From IMG/VR virus record IMGVR_UViG_3300013794_000014, positions 1 to 64,000 of that record: DNA of 64,000 nt, one strand, 5' to 3'. The translations under genes and the position numbers were made by a program. The notes beneath the pieces were generated by a model. That model was not told where the DNA came from. It worked only from the letters and a program-made list of their open reading frames with translations, and did no database searches. The number at the start of each line of letters is the position of its first letter. The stretch's first letter is position 1. This document shows positions 9,115 through 19,283 of this stretch, in pieces. This DNA comes from a virus.

Positions 9115-10506
9115 ATGATAAGTCCAGTACAAATAGTCGATATTGTAAGATATGCAAATCCAAGAAGAACCATAATCATTGAAGGAGCACCAGGAATAGG
9201 TAAATCTTACAACGTAATGTACGGTGCATACTTAAGAGCAAAAGATAGAGGCAAGATTCCAGTCGTCTATTCGTTTTACAACAGTAATAGTCAATTTGGA
9301 CAACCCTTAACCGAAGAACTACTACAAGAAATTGAAAAGAATCCAGACAAATACTTTATAATCGTTGACTTGAGATTGTCTACCAAAGAACCAACCGACT
9401 TAGAAGGGTTACTGGAGAAGTGTGGCAATCAATCCAATTACGTCAGGTACTTACCACCCCTATGGGCAAAACTATTAGCCTTATGTGAAGGTGTGTTGTT
9501 CCTTGATGAAATTGCCGATGTTCAAAGACCAGATGTCAAAGCCGCCACATATCAATTACTACTTGATAAACAAGCCGGTAACGTGAAATTCAGAGATGAT
9601 GTACTTGTCATAGGTGCTTGTAACAGTGAGGAATACAGTAGCCTATCAACCGGATTTTCATTGCCACAAGCACGAAGATGTCGTTTCTTTGAGGTTAGGG
9701 TACCAACTGTTGAAGAATGGATTGAATTCATGGATAGGGTGTATGAGCCAGGTAATTGGGACAGATCTGTAGCCGCCTATTTATCACATTATAAAGATTC
9801 GCTACTTAAGTTACCGGTTGAATCAATAGAAGGTGAACAACCAGTATACAAATCTGAAGTCTATGAGGCGTATCCATCACCAGATTCATGGACACATTTA
9901 GCATTGGCACTAGTACACGAAAAGGAACTTATCAGTATGATCGGACTAACGGATTTTGTCTCATCATTTGTCGGTATCAATGAAGCATACACCTTTGTAC
10001 AGTTCTATGAAGAAGTAGTCAAAATCAATATAGATGAACTACTGAAAAATCCGGAACAGATTAAAGGTTTTGATTGGAATAAGAAAGCAGCCGCCATTAC
10101 ACAAATAGCCAATAGAATAACTGATGATTACAATAACATACTTAAGTATAAGCCGCTATTAGACGCCTTAGTATTTGACAATAGTGGCGCTGTAAAATCC
10201 GATTATTTGGCATTACTTAAGACGTGTTTACCGGACGTTGAAAAAGACACTAAGGAAATCATTGGGAAATTACAGGCGTTACTTGATAAAATAGGTAGTA
10301 ACGGTAGTAGTAACAGTAATAGAGAACTGACAAAATTGGCAACTGAACTAACAACTGAAATTGAAACCCTTATCGATATGATCCAAAACATGAAATCTGT
10401 AAATGAAGCAAGTATCATCATGTACATATTGTCGGTAATGGACAAAAACTATGATACCGTCATTGAAGATATAGCCAAAAAGATAACGGCATTTGTAAAG
10501 AGATAA
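9115..10506 (+). CDS. MoxR-like AAA+ ATPase
   Basis: GAPGIGKS Walker A, DLRLSTKEPTDLEG, LFLDE Walker B, IGACN sensor 1, PSPDSW; paired with a downstream vWA gene. Confidence 0.88.
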   Translation: MISPVQIVDIVRYANPRRTIIIEGAPGIGKSYNVMYGAYLRAKDRGKIPVVYSFYNSNSQFGQPLTEELLQEIEKNPDKYFIIVDLRLSTKEPTDLEGLLEKCGNQSNYVRYLPPLWAKLLALCEGVLFLDEIADVQRPDVKAATYQLLLDKQAGNVKFRDDVLVIGACNSEEYSSLSTGFSLPQARRCRFFEVRVPTVEEWIEFMDRVYEPGNWDRSVAAYLSHYKDSLLKLPVESIEGEQPVYKSEVYEAYPSPDSWTHLALALVHEKELISMIGLTDFVSSFVGINEAYTFVQFYEEVVKINIDELLKNPEQIKGFDWNKKAAAITQIANRITDDYNNILKYKPLLDALVFDNSGAVKSDYLALLKTCLPDVEKDTKEIIGKLQALLDKIGSNGSSNSNRELTKLATELTTEIETLIDMIQNMKSVNEASIIMYILSVMDKNYDTVIEDIAKKITAFVKR

Positions 10507-10538
10507 AATAAAGTAAAGTATGATATGTGGTGGTTCCA

Positions 10539-11966
10539 ATGACAATCACAACAATGAACTACGAAAAACGCCTATCTGAAGTCCTTACGTTACTGTACAG
10601 ATCTCCTTTCTTTGTCAACCTTATTCCTTTTTTACGTATCTGTCTTACTAATAATCCAAAGATCAAAATTGGTGCTTGTACAAAAGACGGTACAATATAC
10701 TTGAACAAAGATTACTTTTACAATAAAGACGTCATTGAAGTAGTATCTGTCATTATTCACGAAATTATGCATTTAGTTTCTGGTGATCATTCGAGAACCG
10801 ACAGATTGTTCCAAGAACTGTTACCAAAATACAAAGCATTTAGTTACAAAAACTTCAGAATACTTTGTAATCTGATACAAGACACCATCAACGACTTCTT
10901 ACTCTCTGAAGGTTTCAAGACGTTTGAAAAGCAACAGAAGTGGTGGTATGAACTTAAGCAAATAACCGAAATTGATCATTTACATAAAGAAACACATATT
11001 AGGAAGTTACTGGAAGATGCCGACAAATTATTGAGTCAAAGTGGTATTGACCTTAGTAATATCACTGAATGCACTATTGAAGTTGACAAAAAGATAAATA
11101 AAAACACTATAACGGTTATTGGTAATCATCTTTTTGCAACCGTTAGAAGTGTCTTTGAACAATACGCCTTAGCAACCCTTATTCCAGGTAAAAGTGCATT
11201 AAGTAGAGACAGTAATAGTGATCTACTTGATGATAACGAACAACCAGACGATAGTGATGTTATTGTCATTTGGCAAGGCAACCAATATGATTCAAACAAA
11301 TGGGAAAACGAAACTGAAAGGAACGCCATGGTAAGATCTGCATTAACAAAATCCAAAACAGCCGGTAATGTGCCTTTAGGGTTATCACAGTATTTGGATC
11401 AGTTGACACAACCAAAAATCAAGTGGAACAAATACGTTGTCAAATTAGTTTCATATCAGATACAAGAATGGGTTAGTACATATAAGAAGCGTTCAAGAAG
11501 ACAAGTGGTTGGCATTGAAGCTGATAACATACGCCTACCAGGAATCAAATCATACGGTTACAAATGTGTAATAGCGGTTGATACATCAGGTTCTATAAGT
11601 CTTGAAGAACTTAGACAATTTGTCTCTGAAATCTTTAGTCTAGTAAGGCGTTATAACGTTACAAACGTGATAGTCGTACCGTTTGATGCTGATGTCTACA
11701 CGCCAATACATATAAAGTCCAAAGGTGATGTACAGAAGATTAGGGATTTGCCAGGAGGAGGTGGAACTTGTATCAGTCCATTTGTCAATTACGTAAAAGC
11801 AAAGAACTTAGTAACGCCTAATGATACAGTGGTTATTTTTACAGATGGACATATTTATGATTTAGACAGACAAAATGTTATTAGGTTTCTGAAATTATAT
11901 AGACCAATAGTTGTGACAACTGATAAAGCAGTATATCCAGATACATTGATAAATGTAAAAATTTAA
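10539..11966 (+). CDS. DUF2201-like protein: HExxH metallopeptidase-like domain plus vWA domain
   Basis: ACTKDG, HEIMH, MIDAS DTSGS, GGGGT, FTDG. Confidence 0.88.
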   Translation: MTITTMNYEKRLSEVLTLLYRSPFFVNLIPFLRICLTNNPKIKIGACTKDGTIYLNKDYFYNKDVIEVVSVIIHEIMHLVSGDHSRTDRLFQELLPKYKAFSYKNFRILCNLIQDTINDFLLSEGFKTFEKQQKWWYELKQITEIDHLHKETHIRKLLEDADKLLSQSGIDLSNITECTIEVDKKINKNTITVIGNHLFATVRSVFEQYALATLIPGKSALSRDSNSDLLDDNEQPDDSDVIVIWQGNQYDSNKWENETERNAMVRSALTKSKTAGNVPLGLSQYLDQLTQPKIKWNKYVVKLVSYQIQEWVSTYKKRSRRQVVGIEADNIRLPGIKSYGYKCVIAVDTSGSISLEELRQFVSEIFSLVRRYNVTNVIVVPFDADVYTPIHIKSKGDVQKIRDLPGGGGTCISPFVNYVKAKNLVTPNDTVVIFTDGHIYDLDRQNVIRFLKLYRPIVVTTDKAVYPDTLINVKI

Positions 11967-11974
11967 ATTTAAAT

Positions 11975-12475
11975 TTAAATTCCAGTTTCGACTACAAATT
12001 CACAGAAATCATGTCCCATTATACAACATTTAGTTTCTTTGATAACAGTTCGTTTGCCCAATATGGTTTCTAGACAACCAGCTAATATGCCTCTTTCAAA
12101 ATGACAAATGGGCTGTTTGATTTTTACTTTTACTTTCGATAGTCCAGAACAGAAGACACATTCACATACACGAATTACCAAAAGTGAACTATCAATTATT
12201 TCAGGAATACCTAAGCCTAAATATGTAAACCCTTCTATCAATTCTTCAAACGTCTTAATACCAAGACTTTTACCAAATTCAACGCCTGCATGATACAACT
12301 TCGACAAAGCATTAAATCCGAGATATTTCACTACTGACAAAATAACAGCTCTATAAACGACTACATCAATGTTTCTACCTAACGTTGGCCTATTTATTTC
12401 ACATACGTCTTCAATGTTAATAGGCAATTTCCAGTGTCTATGTTTACATGTGGATATGGACATATGCATCACCAA
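11975..12475 (-). CDS. V4R (4-vinyl reductase) domain protein, Methanococcales-like
   Basis: RPTLG, LYHAGVEFG, ECVFCSGL, PICHFERGILAG, ETKCCIMGHDFCEF. Confidence 0.88.
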   Translation of the reverse strand: MVMHMSISTCKHRHWKLPINIEDVCEINRPTLGRNIDVVVYRAVILSVVKYLGFNALSKLYHAGVEFGKSLGIKTFEELIEGFTYLGLGIPEIIDSSLLVIRVCECVFCSGLSKVKVKIKQPICHFERGILAGCLETILGKRTVIKETKCCIMGHDFCEFVVETGI

Positions 12476-12707
12476 TAACTAATGATATAATTATTAGTAA
12501 GTCCAATATTAATGCTAATATCTCAATTATGATACTACCACGAAACGGTCTGAACAACGAATCTTTTACATTGGTTACCATATGACTACACCTATACAGA
12601 CTTTTCTAAAAAGGTGATTTACAAAAACAAGTATAAAAAGGGCTTAATATCATGAAAAATAATGAAAATAATGAAAATAACGTAATAACGGATACTAGGT
12701 GATTTCA

Positions 12708-13643
12708 ATGATAGTACCTACCGATCAGATACAAACGGTTGTTTTTTCAGTGTACATGGAGACTCCTTCTAGATCACAGTATAAAACGCAAATCATGTAC
12801 ATTGATACAAATGACTATACGGTTACTAAAGCTCTGTACTATTTCTTTAAGTCATTGGTAAATACTATATGTGTACCCAATTCATTGTACTATAATATTG
12901 AAGTAGCAAATGGCCCTTCTTTCGATATGTTTTCAACTTATGCCTATTACGTTTTTACCGACGACTTTGAAATAACCGAAGATATAGTGAAAGCATGTAG
13001 GTTTACTGCTAAATCATATGTACTTGACTTACCGATTTTGGAGCACACTAATGATATGTCTGCAAAACCCTTTACAGGATTGCTTGATAGTGGTAGTAAC
13101 TCAGAGTTAAACGTTATTTGTCTAGATGTCATTCCAAAAGCGAGTATAAGGCGTCTTTCAGCAAAAGAACAAAGTGTTGTCGAAAACGTTCAGTTTATTC
13201 CTTCAGCCACTATGGCATTAGGCAACAGCAATATTACCAATACTGTTAACCTGTTACAAATCCAAATGAAACCAGACATTGGACTAATAGACAAATCTGA
13301 TTTTTGTAGACAGCTAATCACAGAGATTGGTGGCGTCATTGATATAACACGCCTATTACAACAATTCCCTAACGTGTTAAAACCGGTTTTCTATGATTCA
13401 AGTTTGATACCATCTAAGTTTGTAAGTCCTGTAAACGTGAACAAACCATCATCTGTAAAACAAATCATTGATTTTGTTTCTTCAAACGGTTATGAGTTCA
13501 TTACGGTTACAGATTATATGTTTGGCAGTAATTGGCGTGTATACTACTTTTACAACTCAAATAACGGTAAGTTTTGTACGCTAATAGGCGACTTACTGTA
13601 TACTAATGATACGGTATTAAGAAGGTTGTGTATGGAGTGGTAA
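12708..13643 (+). CDS. Hypothetical protein, possible distant family C member
   Basis: Similar size; C-terminal LYTNDTVLRRL resembles AYTTDKRL. Confidence 0.7.
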   Translation: MIVPTDQIQTVVFSVYMETPSRSQYKTQIMYIDTNDYTVTKALYYFFKSLVNTICVPNSLYYNIEVANGPSFDMFSTYAYYVFTDDFEITEDIVKACRFTAKSYVLDLPILEHTNDMSAKPFTGLLDSGSNSELNVICLDVIPKASIRRLSAKEQSVVENVQFIPSATMALGNSNITNTVNLLQIQMKPDIGLIDKSDFCRQLITEIGGVIDITRLLQQFPNVLKPVFYDSSLIPSKFVSPVNVNKPSSVKQIIDFVSSNGYEFITVTDYMFGSNWRVYYFYNSNNGKFCTLIGDLLYTNDTVLRRLCMEW

Positions 13644-13645
13644 CA

Positions 13646-14242
13646 ATGAAATTCCAGTACCATGTAACTGTGTCATATTTTGATCTCAAAGAGCTTGCTA
13701 ACATATCAGTAAAAGAGTTTATAGAGCAACAAATTCAGGAACAGATGCAAAGTCAAGAACAAGAACAAAATGACAACTTTACATGTATGAGTCTGATTAT
13801 ACATTCAAATTACATTTTCATTTGTTTTGACATGTTACCTACAAGTCTATTTGACTTTTTATTTACAGAAGATGGTAAATTTCTGAATAAACAATGGTAT
13901 CAACAGATATTTGATAAGAAGACTGTTAGAATCCTGTTAGATATCGTCGAGAAACGGCTAGATTTCGTTGATATGCTAGTAAAACATTATGTCAACAATA
14001 CACCCTTCATACAAGATTGGGAAATGCATAGTAAGGTTATTGAACGCCATAAAATACTGTCGGATGCATATAAAATGCTAATTGGTAAGTCACCTAGTTA
14101 TGCTTATGCGTTTTACCCATACACAAAATATGATGTAAATAAGTTTGAACAACTCAATAAAGCAATCGATCAATATTTTGAGTTTATGCAGACTTATCCA
14201 AATAACAACTTAGCAAAGTTAATGGAGGTGTCAATATGGTAA
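13646..14242 (+). CDS. Hypothetical protein, probable family B member
   Basis: SVKEFIEQQI and DGKFLNKQWYQQIF...LDFVD align with family B motifs. Confidence 0.7.
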   Translation: MKFQYHVTVSYFDLKELANISVKEFIEQQIQEQMQSQEQEQNDNFTCMSLIIHSNYIFICFDMLPTSLFDFLFTEDGKFLNKQWYQQIFDKKTVRILLDIVEKRLDFVDMLVKHYVNNTPFIQDWEMHSKVIERHKILSDAYKMLIGKSPSYAYAFYPYTKYDVNKFEQLNKAIDQYFEFMQTYPNNNLAKLMEVSIW

Positions 14243-14615
14243 CTACAGTTGATGTTAACAATACTGATACTGGCACCGATATTACAGTTCCATTTGAAAA
14301 AGCAAAAACTCTTGAAGATTTGATTGAATATATAAAACATCAATGTAATTTCAATTGAAAAAGCGTGTGTTAGATGTTGTCATCAGAATTGCAACCCCTA
14401 ACGACTTCATTGAAATAGCCGATAGATCATATCAGATTTTGTATCACAACGGTAAAATTGCATTTCCAGTAAATACAGATCCAAACGTCTACAGAAACCT
14501 AATTAACTATGTACTTTCACGCCTACAAACCCTTACTGATGAAGAAATTGAACAATTATGTGTTAGTTCAAATTCAAATCATGTCAATGTGTTCCAAATT
14601 ATCAATAATATGTGA
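14236..14615 (+). pseudogene. Family A gene with a single frameshift near 14354 (or sequencing error)
   Basis: SD GGAGGTG plus ATG 14236 gives ...ITVPFEKAKTLEDLIEYI; adding one T in AATTGA joins it to ORF 14355-14615. Confidence 0.6.
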
Positions 14616-14717
14616 ATTCAGGTATCGGTGATCTCTATGGGATATTCCAGCTTATAGAGTATTAACTGAATCATTAGAGGATATTATTACAGATATTTTC
14701 GAAATCAGAGTTATAAA

Positions 14718-15401
14718 TTGAACAGTGGTAAAATGAAAGGGTTAATTTACATTCAATCACCTGTATTGCTAGAGAATGCAATTTTAGATTTGGTTGAACA
14801 AAAAATATCAACGGATCAAAATCAAAATCAAGAACAAAACATAATCTGTTGTCGTATTGAACCGATAACGTTAGAAAATTTGCAATACAAGTACATAGGT
14901 GTAAGTTTAAGTAATTCATTGAAACCATTTGATTATTTGATTTCGGTACCAGATTTAAAGATAATTAACAATGAAGTTTGTCAAGGTATTTGGCAAAAAC
15001 TTTTCAAGATAAAACATAAATATTGGGAATTACTATGTAAAGCGTTAACAGAACCTTACAAACACGAATCAACATATCGTTACATTTTAGATGTTGCAAT
15101 TTTCGATTTATCTGAGTTGGCGTTTCTCAATTATGATATACATGCATTACCCGGCACATCTTGTTATGAGGCGTTATTGTTAGCCAAATCACCCTATAGA
15201 CACGCCTTAGATTTGTTAAACTCACGCTATGGAGATAGCCATATTGTCCCATTAGAAAACCTTATTGAAGAAATGAAACGTGGTAACAATGACGAATATT
15301 ACAAGGATCTATATCATAAGGCAAAAACAGTTTATCAGTTGGCTAAGAACTATAGTAAAGAACATCCGTTATTCAGATTATTGCGATTACAAACATGGTG
15401 A
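14718..15401 (+). CDS. Hypothetical protein, probable family B member; start uncertain
   Basis: PDLKIINNEV resembles KDLNIVNSQL; C-terminus similar to 13646. Confidence 0.65.
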   Translation: MNSGKMKGLIYIQSPVLLENAILDLVEQKISTDQNQNQEQNIICCRIEPITLENLQYKYIGVSLSNSLKPFDYLISVPDLKIINNEVCQGIWQKLFKIKHKYWELLCKALTEPYKHESTYRYILDVAIFDLSELAFLNYDIHALPGTSCYEALLLAKSPYRHALDLLNSRYGDSHIVPLENLIEEMKRGNNDEYYKDLYHKAKTVYQLAKNYSKEHPLFRLLRLQTW

Positions 15402-15407
15402 ACGGCA

Positions 15408-16055
15408 ATGGTAGCAAGAACAACGCTTACAAATCACTTTGTTTTTCGTAGCATAGCAGAAGCATACGAGAAGTTAGTACCATACATCTTGGAAAACGGT
15501 TTTGAACAACAATCTGAAAGAGGTTTAACACGTTTTTTGCCATACACCCTTATTGAGGTTACAAACCCAAAGATAAGGCGTGTTCCGAGTAAGTATCCGC
15601 TAGGCAGAAAAGCAATAGAAGATTACATTGATTGCTTTTTGAATGGTTACAGTAATCACGACTTTGTCTATACATATCATGATAGAATAGTACAATATGG
15701 TTGTAACGACGTCAATCAACTTGAATACGTTATTGACAAACTAAAGGAAAACAAGAATACAAGGCGTGCTTATATTTCAGTTTGGAACCCTTGTCAAGAT
15801 ACTAGGACAAACGAAATACCGTGTTTGGTTGGTATTCATTTTCAGGTTATCAACGACAACTTAATAATACAAACGATTATGCGTAGTCAGGATTTGTTAT
15901 TGGCGTTTCCAAGTAATCTTTTGGCATTTAGTCGTTTAGGTGAGAAAGTAGCAAATGAAGTTGGGTTACCATTCAAACGCCTAATACATTATGTCATGAA
16001 TTTACATATTTACGTTGAAAGGGATAAAGATTATGTTGAAGGGTGGTTTCAATAA
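15408..16055 (+). CDS. thyA: Thymidylate synthase, archaeal ThyA type
   Basis: FVYTY, TRRA, catalytic PCL, RSQD, dUMP-specifying Asn in FPSN, HIY. Confidence 0.9.
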   Translation: MVARTTLTNHFVFRSIAEAYEKLVPYILENGFEQQSERGLTRFLPYTLIEVTNPKIRRVPSKYPLGRKAIEDYIDCFLNGYSNHDFVYTYHDRIVQYGCNDVNQLEYVIDKLKENKNTRRAYISVWNPCQDTRTNEIPCLVGIHFQVINDNLIIQTIMRSQDLLLAFPSNLLAFSRLGEKVANEVGLPFKRLIHYVMNLHIYVERDKDYVEGWFQ

Positions 16056-16085
16056 GGTGAGATAAGGTGAGATAAGGTGAGGTGA
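16052..16085 (+). repeat. 10-bp tandem repeat of a stop+SD unit, (gATAAGGTGA)x3 plus GGTGA
   Basis: Read directly; contains four GGTGA elements. Confidence 0.9.
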
Positions 16086-16091
16086 TTGACT

Positions 16092-16235
16092 ATGGATAGA
16101 TAAAATCATGATAGACCTTATGTACAGTGCATCTTATGTAAACAGATAGTGCCAATTCATTTAGCGATTTGTATTGATGGTGTCTATATTTGTTACAAGT
16201 GTTACTATACAAAGAGAGTAGAGATTGGAAGATAA
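16092..16235 (+). pseudogene. Small CxxC...CxxC zinc-finger gene with in-frame TAA at codon 4
   Basis: MDR*NHDRPYVQCILCKQIVPIHLAICIDGVYICYKCYYTKRVEIGR behind strong SD sites. Confidence 0.55.
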
Positions 16236-16311
16236 GTTGGTAAGTTACTTTCGATGGTGGGGCTAAATGCCCCAAGAAACATATGAATATGAATTGAGGA
16301 GGTGGTAAACG

Positions 16312-16524
16312 ATGTCAGTATTCGATAACGTTGCATATTGGTTTTATCACACAAACAGTATTCCACTATACGTTTTCAGTGAATACACTTTACAAGAAAT
16401 AGTCAAAGATCCATATGATGAACAGATATTTCTTATCGAATTAGAACGACTTAAAGACTTTATTGCAAACTATAAACAACTAAAAGAAAAACATCCAGTG
16501 ATTATAAAGGGTATAGATGAATGA
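16312..16524 (+). CDS. Small hypothetical protein, possibly a family B remnant
   Basis: SD GGAGGTGG; RLKDFIANYKQL resembles the family B C-terminal helix. Confidence 0.6.
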   Translation: MSVFDNVAYWFYHTNSIPLYVFSEYTLQEIVKDPYDEQIFLIELERLKDFIANYKQLKEKHPVIIKGIDE

Positions 16525-16592
16525 TAGTTAGTGAACATTCTTTATTTTTTGTTTTTTCTTTACATATATATACAGTAAATTAGTGATCTTCT

Positions 16593-17267
16593 ATGATTTG
16601 TTTAACAATAACTGAAAACAATTTAAAAGACGCCATTAAAATAGCAGATAAAGTGTTAGAATCGGATATTGTAAACTTAATTGAATTTCGTTTAGACTAC
16701 TTTAAAACCTTTTCAAAAGAAGATGTTAAGATGTTATCTGAGTATCCGTGTATTATTACAATTAGGCCGATGTGGGAAGGTGGACTATACAAAGATCATA
16801 ATGTTAAACGTAATGTTAAACGTATAAAGTTACTGAAAACCGCCATTGAATATGACATAAAATATACTGACGTTGAACTAAAAGAACCTAAAAACAAAGC
16901 GTTGGTTGATTACAGAAATGAAATTGATTCAAAGACAAAAGTTATCGTCTCATATCATGATTTCTATAAAACACCCAGTTACCAAACATTGACAAATATT
17001 GTGACAAGAGAACTTACTATTGGAGATATAGGTAAATTTGCCACTATGGTTAATACAAAAAAGGATATTTTGACAATTTTACAAGTAACTAATACGTTTG
17101 AAAATAAGGTTGTTGGTATTGGGATGGGTGATAAAGGCAAATTAACCAGAATCCTTAACTTATATTTTGGTAGTCTATGGACTTATGTGTCATTGGACGG
17201 TAAACAATCTGCACCGGGACAGTTACAACTAAAAGATGTTTGTCGGTGTCTACAATGTATTTTGTAG
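16593..17267 (+). CDS. aroD: Type I 3-dehydroquinate dehydratase
   Basis: EFRLD, TIR..WEGG, DVEL, catalytic His in SYHDF, Schiff-base Lys in GKFA, IGMG..G.LTR, SAPGQ. Confidence 0.93.
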   Translation: MICLTITENNLKDAIKIADKVLESDIVNLIEFRLDYFKTFSKEDVKMLSEYPCIITIRPMWEGGLYKDHNVKRNVKRIKLLKTAIEYDIKYTDVELKEPKNKALVDYRNEIDSKTKVIVSYHDFYKTPSYQTLTNIVTRELTIGDIGKFATMVNTKKDILTILQVTNTFENKVVGIGMGDKGKLTRILNLYFGSLWTYVSLDGKQSAPGQLQLKDVCRCLQCIL

Positions 17268-17782
17268 AATTCAAATTCAGTGAGTTGCCGTCAACGTTTG
17301 ATAAGTTCCTAGAGCGTCTTGCTTCATTGTTTAGTCGTGATCCAAATCCCTTAGTTGTACATATTGACTTTAATTTTTGGTTTTATTCAGTGATAGTTTA
17401 CACATATCCGTTGACATACAATGACATATTTAAAGTGCAGTTTAATAAACCGACTTTATTCTATAGTCCATCGTTAAAACGGTTTGAAGTACCATTTAAT
17501 GTGCAAGAAAGAGACATTTATGAAAAGTGTCTGCGTTTCTACTATGAACTGGCTTTATTGCTACGACATGAAAGAACCGATTTCGTAAATAGTCTATGTA
17601 ACAAGTATTTGGATACAAGTATCAATCGTGTAACGTATAAAAAGTCTGTTACAGATGCATATCCGGAAATTCAGTATTTAGTGCAATTCATAAGGCGTGT
17701 GTTATCAGATGACAGTTATCGTTGTTTTCATAGGCGTCTACAAGAAATTGCCAATGAAGTCAAAGGTGGTGATTCACATTGA
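17255..17782 (+). CDS. Paralog family A protein
   Basis: FSELPSTFDKFLE; LFYSPSLKRFEVPF. Confidence 0.8.
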   Translation: MYFVEFKFSELPSTFDKFLERLASLFSRDPNPLVVHIDFNFWFYSVIVYTYPLTYNDIFKVQFNKPTLFYSPSLKRFEVPFNVQERDIYEKCLRFYYELALLLRHERTDFVNSLCNKYLDTSINRVTYKKSVTDAYPEIQYLVQFIRRVLSDDSYRCFHRRLQEIANEVKGGDSH

Positions 17783-18330
17783 CATCAGTGAAAATTAAGT
17801 CTATTGTAACACGTTATGGTTCAATTGAAGAGTACATTTTACAACGAATTGAGCGTCTACATGAAACCGGTAAAATCAAATCACGCCTTTATGGTTTCTC
17901 AATAGATATGCCGTTAACATCAAATCCAAATAGCGTTGTAAAGTTAAAGCGTGAAAAAGATCATTTGTCATTTACAGTTGTTGACGTTAAAAACCTTTTG
18001 ATTGTCAATTCTCTAATATATCATTGGGTTCGTAACAAAAATTATGTTCAATTTTACACTAAATTTCATAAAGATCTTTTAGACTTTTACAATTGGTATT
18101 GTAAAGCCGTCTATGAGGAAAAACAATATATCAAAGATTTTATCAATTATTCATCTATTGACAATATGTTAGATTTCTATAACCTTCATAAAACTTGTTT
18201 TGCAATTTTCAACCACAGATTAGTAACGTTTAAAGATCCAACAAAAGAATTACAAATGCCTAGTAAACTCAGAAACGTCATTGAACGGTTTGATAAGTAC
18301 AAAAAGTTATTTGAAGCAGGAACAATGTAA
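17779..18330 (+). CDS. Paralog family B protein
   Basis: RYGSIEEYIL, LDFYNWY, KYKKLFEA. Confidence 0.8.
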   Translation: MTSVKIKSIVTRYGSIEEYILQRIERLHETGKIKSRLYGFSIDMPLTSNPNSVVKLKREKDHLSFTVVDVKNLLIVNSLIYHWVRNKNYVQFYTKFHKDLLDFYNWYCKAVYEEKQYIKDFINYSSIDNMLDFYNLHKTCFAIFNHRLVTFKDPTKELQMPSKLRNVIERFDKYKKLFEAGTM

Positions 18331-18345
18331 TTTGTCGATTACGAG

Positions 18346-18696
18346 GTGTCTATTATGCTCATTGGAATTTCTAATAAAATCAAATTTAATCAGTTACCAG
18401 ATACTTTTGAACAGTTTTTAGAGTGGTTACTTGGACGTTTTCAAGTAAGAAATATTGACAAACCTCAAGTTATTTGTCTTGATTATCGTTATTCAACACA
18501 CACATTGGTCGTTTATATTGGCCCATTATATCCCACAGATATGTTTAGATCGAGATTCAAACGGCTATATTTGTATTATAGTCCAACGTTGAAACGGTTT
18601 GAAATTCCGTTTGGTGTTCGTAACAGAAACCTTTACAAAAAACGTTTAGAGTTACATTATCAATTGGCAAAAATGGCGGTGGAACAATGGAAGTAA
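18346..18696 (+). CDS. Paralog family A protein, C-terminally short
   Basis: FNQLPDTFEQFLE; LYYSPTLKRFEIPF. Confidence 0.75.
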   Translation: MSIMLIGISNKIKFNQLPDTFEQFLEWLLGRFQVRNIDKPQVICLDYRYSTHTLVVYIGPLYPTDMFRSRFKRLYLYYSPTLKRFEIPFGVRNRNLYKKRLELHYQLAKMAVEQWK

Positions 18697-19274
18697 GTGT
18701 TAGAATGTTAACAAAACGTTATGGTTCTATTGAAAAATACATTTTACATCAAGCTAAGAAACTCTATGATAGAGGTGCTATTGGTAATTATTATGGTTTT
18801 TCAATTGGTTTTCCCATACATAAACCACTGAGTCCAAAAACGAAAGTTAAGTTGTTTCAAAACAAATGGCATCCTACCTACATTTACGTTTATGTTGACG
18901 ATGATAGTGCCAAGATTGCCAACGACTATTTATGCCATTTTTGTTACGGTTTAGGTGATATAGAACACGCCACTAAGTTCAAACAACAGTTTTTGGATTT
19001 TATTGATTGGATTTGTCAGTTTTTTGTTGAATCTAGCCTATCTGAAGGTGTTAATGAAGACGTTAATCTGTTTTTCAATGACAATGATAAAATTAAACAT
19101 AAAGTACTTGAAATGGTTGGTTTATCAAAAGAATTCAATGACGTTTTTGTTGATACCGGTAGTGCTTATCACAATTTTGATTTCAATAAAGGTACAGAAA
19201 CGTTAAGTAAACTAAAAGACATCATATTAAATTACCGTAAATACAGAAAACTGTATGAAGCAAATATAATTTAG
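18687..19274 (+). CDS. Paralog family B protein
   Basis: RYGSIEKYIL, LDFIDW, KYRKLYEA. Confidence 0.8.
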   Translation: MEVSVRMLTKRYGSIEKYILHQAKKLYDRGAIGNYYGFSIGFPIHKPLSPKTKVKLFQNKWHPTYIYVYVDDDSAKIANDYLCHFCYGLGDIEHATKFKQQFLDFIDWICQFFVESSLSEGVNEDVNLFFNDNDKIKHKVLEMVGLSKEFNDVFVDTGSAYHNFDFNKGTETLSKLKDIILNYRKYRKLYEANII

Positions 19275-19283
19275 GGTGTCCCA

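Noticed and set aside
15408-16055. dCMP hydroxymethylase (second base-modification system)
   Set aside because: The specificity residue is Asn (FPSN), as in dUMP-specific enzymes, not Asp.
5377-16103. Stop-codon reassignment or suppression, suggested by in-frame stops and the altered TyrRS
   Set aside because: Conserved enzymes are full length in the standard code, all three stops end genes directly before the next SD, and no suppressor tRNA was seen.
16258-16274. GC-rich hairpin TGGGGC-TAAAT-GCCCCA as an ncRNA or tRNA fragment
   Set aside because: Isolated 6-bp stem with no cloverleaf or other support.
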